Positions 38,533 to 50,640 of a DNA stretch of 64,000 bases are shown in pieces (within the stretch, counting starts at the first letter, position 1; each line of letters begins with the position of its first letter). Where the stretch lies: assembly GCA_050084515.1 (NCBI GenBank), contig CM114271.1, positions 35,960,001 to 36,024,000 on the forward strand. Reading direction: 5' to 3'. A program made the position numbers and the translations under genes. Below the pieces are notes generated by a model. The model did no database searches. It saw nothing but the letters and a program-made list of their open reading frames with translations, and was not told the DNA's origin. Origin of the DNA: Blasia pusilla (Eukaryota).

Positions 38533-38729
38533 TCCCCTGGTCTAGAGTCTGGACCATGCCGGCCAGCCCGCGGGCTGCCCGGCATGGTCCAGAGTAAAAC
38601 TTTCTCCGTTCCTGGCGGGCTGCGACGTTGCTCGTGTGATTGAGGGTGCCCATTTGCTCAACCCTTGCACATTCACGTGCTGTTTCGAGGAAGGGCCAGG
38701 GAGGCACCAGGTGTCTAGACTCTAGGGGA
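38533..38729. mobile_element. MITE-like element with imperfect TIRs and an internal 46-bp palindrome
   Basis: Left TCCCCT[GGTCT]AGAGTCTGGA vs reverse complement of right end TCCCCTAGAGTCTAGA; palindrome at 38548-38593; no TSD identified. Confidence 0.45.
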
Positions 38730-40591
38730 TGACTTTAGGAGACCGTTGACGAAATCACAGGTTTCCAATCGAATGGTTGCTCCCGACGTTTTTCCCGGAG
38801 CCGACCGGTGAAATGGGCGGCCATGCAAACGGCTACCGGTTTACAGTTACGACGTTTCGTTAAGATCGTCTAAACTAAACTGGTGTGCGGTCACTTGGAA
38901 AGAAGATACTAACACCAGTGGAGGGAGTTAAGAAAAAATATTGGGAGTAAAGAAAAATATTAGCACTCCATGGAGAGTAGGAGAAAAAAATGAAGAGGAA
39001 CGGAGAGAATGAAGGGATAAAGTATTACTAACAAGAGTAGAGAAAAAAAAGTAGGAGGGAGTGGAGAGAGTAGACAACTACTAATAGAGAGTGGGTTGAG
39101 TCCACATGTCTTCATTAAATTGGCTCACATCCTACACTTGAGAAGTTAAAGGGAATAACTTGCATTCTACAACTTTAGCATGGGGCCATCATATTATATG
39201 GTAGGAGGAGAAAGAGAACCTCTTAATATGGCCTTATGGTAGGATCCATAATAATTAAGATACTTATTAATTAATTTTTAATTAATATGGATTCCTCCCT
39301 TTAAAAGGTAAAAGTGAGCTAGTGGAATATCGTCACATAAGATGGGCCTAAAGACATATCACAATGTTCCAATTTAACATGCTTCCCTCGTTTGATGACA
39401 CGGATTTTATCATTTTGACATTTTCATCTCTTAAGTTCATCAACCCACCACACGTTTCTAACCATACTCCATTGCAATCTCGAGTCTAAGAATGGGCCAT
39501 AGTATGATAGTAGGACCACACTTTTTGTGGATGTATGATAACCTCAATGCAATATGGGTAAGGGTTAAGTGTGTAAAGACTTAATTTCTCACTGGTTGTG
39601 ACAAACACGCCATATTCTGTTACAAACTCAAGGCTAAAAAGGGCCGTACACTCCCATAGTTTGACGCTCCACACTTTTTGTGGATATATGATTACCTTTA
39701 TCCAACATGGGTTTTAAGTGCGTTGTAGACTTAGCCCCTCTTAATATCTTATACACACTTATTACACTAGTGAGAGTGCTTGTGCATAAGTACGTACCTT
39801 CTATGTTTTTTTACTTTACAACACCATTACATAAGTCCATGTAAATATTATTATCACATCTCCTCATGACTTTGATGTCTCCAAACTCTACTCTATGTAT
39901 CCTCTAACCATGGACGGTAATGGGGCTCCAATCTTGATAGAAATTTATATGGATGCTAGAGGAAGCCCAATCTTAGAGAAAAAAATGTCCATGCATACAT
40001 TGAATTTGCTCCTATCTTAATAAGCAGGGAATTAATATTTTCAAATGGATCTTTCTGTTATAAAAAAAAGTTTCTCTTGTTTGGGAGTAGACATACTAAG
40101 AATGGTAACCCTTCCCTCCTCCTATTATAATATAGAAGACCTATTGCAAGTACATTTTATGAAACAATGGAGGACGAACAAGAAAAATGGAACCATTGGG
40201 AGGCGATTAGGTAGCACTTTTTTCAAAGGGGGATGAAGAAGCCTAGTTTGCACTTCTATATACAATAGATTATAGTTAATAGGTTAATGAGGGATTTTGA
40301 AAATTTAATAATTTACAATTCTCTTCCTCAAAATGGTCTACGGACTCAATGGAGGCTTATCTCCGGCCTTATGCCCATAATGTACTTACAAGTTAGAAGC
40401 TCCAATGCAATCTCATTCTTACCTTAAATGAATTTTGTCATCCTTCGGGGGGCGGGGGTAATTTAATTGCATAACGTTCAATTGTCTAAGTTCAAGGGAG
40501 TAACGAGAAAAAAAGTCAAGAAATTTTTGCATTTGCATAATTCTGTAGAGTTACCATCATATGATATATATTAATAAAATAATTTTTGTCC

Positions 40592-40776
40592 AATTAAAGA
40601 ATCCTACTCTTTAGAGAATTTAAAGAGTAGGATTCTTCAATTATCATTTTTTGGTTGAGAATCTCTAATATTTCAACAAAAAAAACCAAGATTCTTGATC
40701 AAACATTAGAATTATCTAACCCTATATTGCATCACTGTGCCCTACTGCACCCTGATGCAATATAAGGTTAGATAAT
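40592..40776. repeat. Three adjacent inverted repeats
   Basis: 40592-40642 (22-bp arms, 1 mismatch), 40650-40703 (degenerate), 40711-40776 (24-bp arms, 1 mismatch; part of the element B LTR). Confidence 0.85.
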
Positions 40777-40778
40777 CC

Positions 40779-41096
40779 TGTGGAAAACTGCTAAACAAAC
40801 ATAATTGATGGAAAACGGCTTTCACACACACACACACACACCACCATGGAGAACAATATTTGCAATGAGAGAATGAGTGGAGGCTGATCCTCTTCTCAAT
40901 TATATAGGGTATGTACAAGAAACCTTAACCCTATCCTTAACTATAGTCTCGAGTTAGCCTAATTATGATTAACTAACCCTAGTTAAGATAACCGTGCTTA
41001 ACTGACTAACCAAGATTAAGCTTCCCTACTTCGTGTGAGTGCCAAATGTAGCAGTTTAGGTGTCTCATGAGCTTGATTGTAACTCAATCTTCAATA
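40779..41096 (-). repeat. 3' LTR of Copia A
   Basis: Direct repeat of 45684-45997 with about 28 substitutions and a (CA)n length difference by eye; adjacent to the PPT. Confidence 0.95.
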
Positions 41097-41099
41097 TTC

Positions 41100-44000
41100 C
41101 CCCTCAAGCTTATATCGATATCTCTAACGCCTAAATCCTTTCTAAACATCTCAAACTTATCTCTAGATAATGCCTTTGTAAAGATATCAACAATTTGGTA
41201 ATCCGTACCTATATACACAAGATCAATTTCTTCTGCAAGCACTTTCTCTCTGATAAAATGATAATGCACCTCAACATGCTTTGTACGAGCATGAAACACA
41301 GGGTTATTAGCAAGCTTGATGCTACTAATATTTTCTGCATATATTACACTAGGTCCTAAGTTACTAACACCAATCTCAACAAGTAATCGATAAAGCCACA
41401 CCGCTTCACATGCTGCATTGGTTGCTCCTCTGTACTCAGCCTCTGTTGAAGATAAAGCAAATGTGGGTTGCTTCTTTGAAGCCCAACTTATAGATGCGCT
41501 TCCCAAAGTAAATGAATAACCAGATGTGGAGTGTTGATCAGACATGCTTCTTGCCCAATTAGCATTTGTGAATCCTTGTAATTGAAAACTCGGAGAAGGT
41601 TCAAATTGAAGCCCAAATTGAATAGAGAATTTCACATACCGCATAATCCTCCTCACAGCAACAAGGTGAGGTTTTCGAGGTGCTTGCATAAACTAGCTCA
41701 CTAGGCCAACAACATAGCTCAAATCTCGTCTGGTTATACTTAGATAGATCAAACTTCCAACCATGCGCCTATACATATTAGAAACTGCAAGCAGCTCTCC
41801 TTCATCGACTCTTTGCTTTACACTCTGGTCTAACGGTATAGAGATTGGCTTACAAGCCGTCATACCATATTTTGAAAGCATATGAAGAGCATATTGTCGT
41901 TGTAGTAACCACATACTCTCTCCAACCTTGATTAACTCAATACCAAGGAAGTATTTGAGTTCTCCGAAGTCCTTCATATCAAATTCTCCTTGTAAATTAA
42001 GCTTGACTTGTTCTACCATTTCTTCAGTACTCCCAGTAATCAAGAGATCACCAACATACAACACAATGAGAACTGTGTGATCTTATCCTCTCAAGATATA
42101 TAACGAGGAGTCAGAATCACATATCTTAAAATCCAACTCTTGTAGGACGTATGTAATCTTGCTAAAAGAAGCTCTTGGAGCTTGTTTGAGCATGTATAGA
42201 GCTTTCTTCAACCTGTATACGGGAAATGGAAACTTGGGATGCTCGTATCCAGATGGTTAAGTCATATATACCTCCTCGTATAGATCTCCATTGAAGAAGG
42301 CATTCTTGACGTCCATGTGATGTAATCTCCACTTCTTACTTACTGCAACTGTAACCATTGTTCTCGTAGTCACCATCTTTGCAACACAGCTAAATTTTTC
42401 CTCATAATCGATATCATATTGTTGTGCATAGCCCTTAGCCACTAATCTCACTTTGTATCTGTTAATTGTACCATCTTGATTGCGCTTGATTTTGTAAATC
42501 CATTTGCAACCAATAGCTTCCTTACCGGAAGGTATATCAAGCAGCTCCCATGTTTGTTGATGTCTTAATAGAGCAAGCTCTTCCTCCATAGCTTCAATCC
42601 ATTTGACTTTACTTGCAGCTTCTTCAAAAAAACTCGGCTCCTGCTGTTGAAGGGTAGTCATCCTATATGCATGATATGTCGCAAGGAAACCTTCATTTCT
42701 GAATCTATGAACTTGATATGTAACTCTACTTGATCTACAAAGTTGTTGTTTAGAGGTAGATGCCTGTGACACCTCACTCGAGCTCTCACTAGTGTCAATA
42801 GACTGAATATGTACTCTTCCCGTCCATGGACTCACAAATTTAATTGATAAATCTAGGACCTCTCCTAATCTTGCACTAGTACTTGGGGAAGTTGAAGACA
42901 ATGTCTGTTGGTTTATAGTCATATTCTCCCCCTCAACAGACAAGTTTAAAGGTGGAATAGGCTCAGATGGAGCATACCATGACTTTAGCTGATCAAAGAC
43001 AACATCCCGACTAATAATAAGCTGCCTAGAAGATGGAATATAGCACTGATACCCCTTAGTTCCATCAGCATAGCCAATGAAGATACATCTTTCAGACTTG
43101 GGGTCTAATTTCTGACGTCTCTCTTAGAAGGAACATGAGCATAACAGATACAACCAAATACTTTCAAGAAAGAAAAATCAGGTTTACTTCATGTGAAGAC
43201 TTCAAATGGAGTTTTATCATGAACTCCTGCTGTTGGAGTTCGGTTGATTAAGAAGACTGCACATGCTATTGCCTCTACCCAATACACCTTAGGCATGTTC
43301 TTCTCATTCAACATGGCTCTTGCCGCTTCAGTAATATGTCAATTTTTCCTCTCAACCACTCCATTTTGTTGTGGAGTGTAACGGCAAGTCACTTGATGTT
43401 GGATGCCATTCTGACGTAAATAGTCATCAAACTCTATTGAAAGATACTCTCCTCCTCCATCACAACGCAATTTTAGAATGTGTTGTCTAGTCTGTTTCTT
43501 TACTAGAACTCTAAATGTTTGGAACACTGAGAATACCTCTGACTTGGCTTTCAAAAAGTATACCCATATATACCTAGAGAAGTCATAAGTATATGAAACA
43601 AAGTACTGGAAACCACTAAGGCTATGTTGTGATGCTGTCCACACATCACTGTGGATCAACTCCAATATCTTGGATGCTCTTCTACCTTGCTTTGGAAAAG
43701 GAAATCTAGCTTTTTTTCCAAATTGGCAAGCAGGACACACCTCTAACGTAGGAAGACTTGCTAATTTAGGGAGTCCCATTACTATATTAGATGATGAAAG
43801 ACTCTGTAATCTTTGAAGATTCATAGGTCCAATTCTTTTATGCCACACATTTAGATTTGTAACTTGTTGGCCGGTTTGACCATACATTGATGTTTGAATC
43901 TCTGGCATAGAAACATCTAATTTGAACATTCTGCTAGATCTAGTTCCTTTGGCTATCGTAGTCTGATCATTCATTATTTCAGTGAAACAACCATCTGCGT

Positions 44001-45270
44001 TAAACTTCATTTGATAACCCTGTTCTACTATCTGTCCTACAGAGATCAGATTTCTTGCAATGGTAGGAACATAGAGAACATTTCCAAGAGCACAAAGACC
44101 ATCTGATGCTATTGGAACTTTACCGGTATGCGTTATATGATGCAGAGTGTCATCTTATGTGAGCACAATTGTAGGATCTTTCACCGGCTCCAAACTACTG
44201 AACCATTTTGCTTGTGAGGTCATGTGATTTTATGCACCGGAGTTAATGTACCAATCTGTTGTCTAGTCTTTCTTGACCATTGCTCCCATATGATGAGTCA
44301 TGACCAAGACATGCTCCGTTTGTGAATGTTGCTGTTTTTGGTACTGCTCTTGATGTTGTTGCTCCACATAGTTTTGTTGTTGTAAGGCTCCTGTTCTCAT
44401 ATCTGCCTTCTTCTTGAAGCAAAACTTTGCATAGTCACCCTTTATCTCACAGTAATTGCAAGATCCAGGGACCCTCTGCTGTTGACCTCGACCCCAACGG
44501 TTTCCACCATCACCGCCATGTGATTGTGTCTGATACTAGTTCGTAGTTGATTGAGTGACGTTATATTGAGTGCCTCTTCCTCCATATGCTTGATATCCAC
44601 CACGACCACGGAAGTTTTTGCCATGACCCCTGCCTCTGTTTGATCCATAACTTGCAAATAGCGCACTCTCTTGCAGACTAGACGAGCTACCGCTGCCTAT
44701 TAGATGCATCTCTTCATTGATCAACAGAGGAACTAAATTTGAAAGGTTGGATACTTCTCTCTCACAGAGATATAGGTCTCAAAGGACTTGTAATCCTTTG
44801 GAAGGCCTTGAAGAGTGAATAAGATCAGATCATCATCTTCTACTGTTACTCCAATGCTATTCAACTGATCAACAATATGTCTGATACTCAAAATATAATC
44901 ATTGATCCTCTGCGATCCTTTCCTCACTTCGTTCAATTTCTGTTTCAATTGAAGCTTTCTGGCCTTTATAGATGTTTGGAACAGCTTTTCCAATGCATCC
45001 CAGGCCTCCTTCGGAATATCAACATCTTGGATTTGATCTATCATTGGCGAACTGATTGTTATTGAAATGTAGTGGATTACTTGCCTTGCGCGTTTGTTCC
45101 AAGCGCGAACATTCAAGTCTGTTGAGTCATCTTCTGGCTTGGCCTCATCACATGTGACAAGCTCCCATAGTTCTTGATCCATGAGAAATTGTTTCATGCG
45201 AAACTTCAAGACATTGTAATTATGCTTGTTTAGCTTCTCGTCTATGATTGCTGCTCATAAATACTCCATG
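41100..45270 (-). pseudogene. Copia A gag-pol polyprotein, disrupted
   Basis: Fragments for gag (LQGLPKDY), integrase (LIHSDVW, TPQQNGVVERKN), RT (GCKWIYKIK, YKVRLVAKGY, LYVGDLLI) and RNase H (SSTEAEY, NPVFHARTKH, DIFTKAL), separated by stops and frameshifts. Confidence 0.92.
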
Positions 45271-45683
45271 ATAAACGATTTCACTCACAAAAAATGCAAT
45301 TTAAGGTTTTCTATTGCTCCAATGGAAGCGTAGACCACTCTTTCACAAAAATTGATGTGAAATTTTCCAAAATTGATCAATTGTATGAAGGAACTAGTCG
45401 AAATTGGCCTATAGAGAGCAAACTACACAAATTTTCTTCACTAATTGCACTTTCCTACACTAAAATTGATGACGCAGGAGCTCAGAGTGTCAGAATCGAC
45501 CGAGAAAGCCCTAAAAAATGCCTCTAAAGTTTTATCACCATCAAAGCTCCACTTGAAATCTGCACCCATTGAGCTCTGAATAAAGTTTCCTTCTCCCAAA
45601 TTGAAAATTTTCCTTCTCTTGCCTCTCTTCTCTCTTCAAACACCAAGAATTTCAAGTGATGTTCTCCTCCCGCTGTGATACAA

Positions 45684-45997
45684 TGTGGAAAACTACTAAA
45701 CTAGTATAACTCGTGGAAAACGACTTTTACACACACACACATCACCATGGAGAACGAAATTTGCAATGAGAGAATGAGTGGAGGCTGGTCCTCTTCTCAA
45801 TTATATAGGGTATGTACGAGAAACCCTAACCCTATCCTTAACCATAATCTCGAGTTAGCCTAACTGCGATTAACTAACCCTAGTTAAGATAACCTTGCTT
45901 AACTGACTAATCAAGATTAAGCTTCCCTACTTCGTGTGAGTGCCAAATGTAGCAGTTCACGTGTCTCATGAGCTTGACTGTAATGCAAACTTCAATA
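45684..45997 (-). repeat. 5' LTR of Copia A
   Basis: Adjacent to the PBS; followed on the + strand by the TSD AATCC. Confidence 0.95.
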
Positions 45998-46002
45998 AAT
46001 CC

Positions 46003-49000
46003 TAGTAACGCTACTCCATAAACCACCTAGGTCATATTACTATGACTCCTCCGAAGGCTAAGTCGAAACCATCAATCTAGGCTTCTCCTCATTCAAGGGG
46101 GTCGATCAAATTAATGGTGCCGAGAGAAGTGGATGTTGAGAATTCAACAACCCCCCCTTAATATCCACTCTTGGGTGGACTAGTGTCTTGGACCGATGCC
46201 AAGACCATTCAGATGTCGTTGAAGCTAATCTCCGCTCAAGGCTTTGGTGAAGACTTTTGCACGGTTATCCTCTATTGGACAATAGACTAACTTCAAAACC
46301 TCTCTCTCGATCAACTTATGAACAAAATGATAGTGGATCTCTATGAGCTTTGTACAAGCATGAAACACAGGATTATCCGCTATGGAAATGTAACTCTGAT
46401 TGTCATACCACATTACAATAGCACTTTCTCGTGCTTCTCCTATGTCCTCCAATATCCATCACAACCATACTACTTCACAACAAGCATAACAAGCCCCCTT
46501 ATACTCTGCCTTGGTAGAAGAAAGAGCCACCGTAAGTTGCTTCTTGCTGACCCACGACACCACACCTAATCCTACCAAGAAATAATCTCCCAAAACTGAT
46601 ATCCAAGAATCTGAGTCTCCTGCCCAATCCGAGTGACAAAAGGCTGTAATTTCCATCCCTATTCCATAGGTGATGATGTAATCGATAGTGCCTTTGATAT
46701 ACTTCAACACACGCATACCTGCCTTCCAATGATTCTCACGAGGCTTAGTTGAGAAGCTACTCAACACTCCCATAGTAAAGCTAATGTTTGGTCTTGTGTT
46801 GCACAAAAATATCAAATTGCCCACAAGCTTTCTGTACAACTTTTCATCTACCAATGGTGAAACATCCTTCATTGAGAGGGTCAAATCTACATCCATTGGC
46901 CAGACCACTTCCTTACACTCGGTCATCCAGAATGCCTTCAAGATTTCTCTAACATACTTTTGCTGCGAGAGAAAAATAAAAATGTGACTGTTGCAAAATC
47001 TCCAACCCTATAAAGTAGTGCAAAAGATCTAAATCTGACATTTCAAACTCATATTTCAACACTTCCATCATTTCCTTTATTTTCTTATTATGGTCTCTTG
47101 TGATGATCAGATCATCCACATACAGAACTATTAACATATACATCCCATCTTTGCAAAACACATACAAATTTGCTTCTAACGGACTCTTGATGAGACCCTT
47201 CTCTCGAAATAATGTATCTATTCGTTGATACCATACCCTTGGGGCTTGCTTCAATCCATACAATGCTTGACGAAGCAAACACACTTTCTCTTATGATCCG
47301 AGTGTCTCAAAACCTGGTGGTTGAGATACATACACCTCCTCCTTGAGACTCCCATTCAGAAATGCAGACTTCACATTGTATTGGCATACATGCCGATGTC
47401 TTGTTCTTGCCACCGCTAGAATAATTTGAATGGTTTTCATCTTGCAGTAGGAGCAAAAGTCCCATAGTAATCAAAACCTTTGATATGTGAACATCCTTGT
47501 GCAACCAACCTCGCTTTGAGTTTATCCAATATACCGTCCGACTTGTACTTGGTCTTGTACACCCACTTGGTGCGTATTATCTTCCTACTCTTTGATTTCT
47601 CAACCAAAGTCCACGTTTCATTTCTTTGAATAATGTCCATCTCCATTTGCATGGCCTTTCTCCATTGAGGATGAGCAAGGGCCTCATCCAAGCATGATGG
47701 CTCTTTCACCTTCAAGACCTCTGTCATCAAGGCCATGTTGACGAGATGTGCGGAAGCTCTATTTTGCTCTTCTAGTCTCTTGGATCTCCTTGGATGTGTA
47801 ACAACTTCATCACTTGTTGGTGGATCCTTACCATCCAAGAGCTGCTTTATCCACTTAGGGTTTGAAGACCATAGTGGAAGAGCAAGCAACTCTTTGTAAT
47901 CATCACCAAATTCTTCTTCTTGATGATCCGGTGTAAACATTAATGGTGTGCTGTGGTGGTTCGTCTTTTCGTTTGATGATAATATGGACGGACCACTGAT
48001 ATCCGCCACTTGACAAGGCTATTCCTAGAATACCACATAACGACTCACAAGCATCTTCTTTGCCTCAGGACACCATAGGCGATAAGCTTTAAACTCATCA
48101 CTTTATCCCATAAAGATGCACTTCCTCCTCTTGGAATCGAACTTGGTCTTGGATGCTACAAGAATATGTACAAAGCACTCGCTACCAAAATTCCTGAAGT
48201 GTTGGACTGATGTTTCCTTACTTGAGTATGCTTGATAAGGAGTCATGCCTTGCATTGACTTGGTAGCACTTCTATTTAGAATATAAATGGCAGTATAAAC
48301 GACTTCAACCCAAAATCCTTTTGTTAAACCTTTTGCTTTCATCATACATCTTGCCATATCCACCATTGTACGCTTTCGATGCTCAACAACACCATTTTTT
48401 TGTGGTGTATGTGCCGTGGTTAACTGTCGCTTGATTCCATGCTCCCCCAAATATTTGTTGAATTCTATTAATAAGAATTCTCCTCCTCGTTTCTCTACGA
48501 AGCTTCTCTACATTCTTTCCTGTCTCATTCTCAACCAGCTTGTGCTATACTTTAAATTTTATAAAAGCACTTGCCTTACCACGAAGGAAATACACCCACA
48601 TCTTCCTACTATAATCGTTGACAACTAAAAAGAAATACGACGAACTACCTAATGCCAATGTTCTCATTCTACCACATAGGTTAGCATATATAAACTCTAG
48701 AGGAGCCTTTGCTCTATTTCTGGACTCTTGTGGAAATGGTTTTCGGTATTGCTTGCCTATCATACAAGCTTCATATATATCCGATACTCCAAAAATTGTT
48801 GGTAAATCAGCAACCATGCATGATTTCTGCATCTGACTCAATAAGGGAAAGCTAGGTCATCAAAATCTTTCATGCCACAACTTACTGCTACCAAGATCTG
48901 TACCTACACTTGTCGTGAAAGCATATAACTTGTAGATGTTTCCGCACCGTATACCTTCACCCGTTACTTTCCTATTGACATCCTTAATGACTACTCCAGA

Positions 49001-50640
49001 TTTCTTGAAATGAACTTCTAAGTTGCGATCATATAATATTGCTACTGAAAGCAAATTCCGCTTCAACTCTGGTATGTACCGTACATCAGTTAACTTCTTT
49101 TCATCTCCTTTTTATGAGACGAAGGAAAATTTTCCTTTTCCTTCTACAAGGCACTTTGCATTATTCCCAACAATAATAACGATGGGCTCTTGCAAAGGCT
49201 GTAAGGAGCTATACTAATGCTTATGATTGGTCATATGCCTAGATGCTCCACTATTGAGCACCCATGCATCTTCACTCTTTGACTTAGTGGAATTTTTTTC
49301 CTGTGTACAAAACTCTTCGATTGCTATCTAAGCATCTATCTCATATTCTCCTAGTTCTACAGAATTTCCATACTCCTTCTTAGGTCTTAAATAACCCTTC
49401 TTCTCATCCTGACTCCTCTTTCTACAATCTTTGATAAGATGACCTAGCTTACCACAATAAAAATATTTGAAGGCATTCCTTGGAAATTTCTTCGTTACAT
49501 TTGAACTGTAATCTTGATTTCTACCTCTCTGTACTTTGGCAGTAAATACTACATCATTTCCCTCTCTTGCTTTGAAGCGCATTTCCACATCTACCAACAT
49601 TGTACTAAATTGTTCAAAAGTATGCGGCGTGGATCTTACTTGAGTATCCAATGCAATGATCAAACGGTCATACCTCGAAGGCAAAATCCTTATGCATCGA
49701 CCGCCAAATCTTCGCTAGACTTTGTAATTCCTATGGACGCCATCTGATTTTGAAGATTCTTGATCTTTGTCAAATATTGCCGTCCAACGGACCAAAATTT
49801 TGCGGGCCTTGAGCATGTGCCTGCCCGCCTTAGCGCGCACTTGCCCGCCCTATCGCGCACTTGCCCGCCCTAGCCCGTGCCCAATCAGCCCTGAGCCCGC
49901 GCCTGCCCGCACCTTCCCGCCTGGAGCTCGTGCCTGCCCGTCTTGAGCCCTCACCTTCCCGTCTTGAGCCCACACCTGCCCGCTCGGAGCCCGCCCTACG
50001 AGCCATGCAACAGGTGCGGGCTCCGTGAGCCCAGGTCTATATGGCGGGCCCGGGTGCGGTCTGGGCATGTCCGAGGATATGTCCGTTTCCGTGCAATCTT
50101 GACGCCAACAATACAACAAGATCGATATCACCAGATGAAGATGAACATGCAGAACTCAAAGTAGCTTGTGGATTCGAATCGACCCCTGTAGCCATCTCCC
50201 AGATCGCAAATGACTTGAGGACAGTTCTCATTTTGAACTTCCATGATGTATAGTGAGACCCATCTTACTTTCCTTCACCCAACAGAGGATGGGGAGCACA
50301 AACTGATGAAGAAGAAGCCATCTCGCAAGAATTTGTGCGAACATACTAGATCGCCAGATACAAAATACCAGAGAGTCTACAACTCTGATACCATGTGAGA
50401 AAACACAATGTGATGAAATCAGTGAAATGTTTCACAAATCTTGGAGTTACAAAGTGGCCTAGTCTGTCTATGCCCTCACAGAAGAGCTTAGATGGAACTT
50501 GAACATAGAGATAACTCGACGTACGAGAATGCGCTACCACAGCGGCTTCCGATTATTTTACTACTCGAGAAACTAGGGTTTTTTACCCATTTTTCTTTAT
50601 TTCTATTTATGCCGAGATGACATAGCATGTGCCACCTCAG
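46003..50640 (-). mobile_element. Ty1/Copia element B (different family); 3' LTR split by element A, 5' LTR truncated
   Basis: PPT at ~46151-46158 next to the LTR end ...TTCAACA (46149); the LTR continues at ~40700-40778 on the far side of element A. RH/RT/IN/PR/gag fragments (FYCGKLGHLIKDC, AWVLNSGASRHMT, LYVDDLII); PBS TGGTATCAGAG at 50383-50393; 5' LTR remnant 50394-~50640. Confidence 0.9.
49779..50101 (-). mobile_element. GC-rich non-autonomous hAT-like fragment inserted in the Copia B gag
   Basis: Abrupt GC-rich block of (T)GCCCG repeats interrupting gag; minus-strand start CAAGATTGCACGGAAACGGAC resembles the termini at 5204 and 30044. Confidence 0.6.

Larger units (their letters stand above)
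40779..45997 (-). mobile_element. Ty1/Copia element A, structurally complete but mutated
   Basis: LTRs 40779-41096 and 45684-45997; TSD AATCC at 40774-40778 and 45998-46002; degenerate tRNA-Met PBS at 45672-45683; PPT AGGGGGAA at 41097-41104; gag-PR-IN-RT-RH domain order. Confidence 0.96.
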
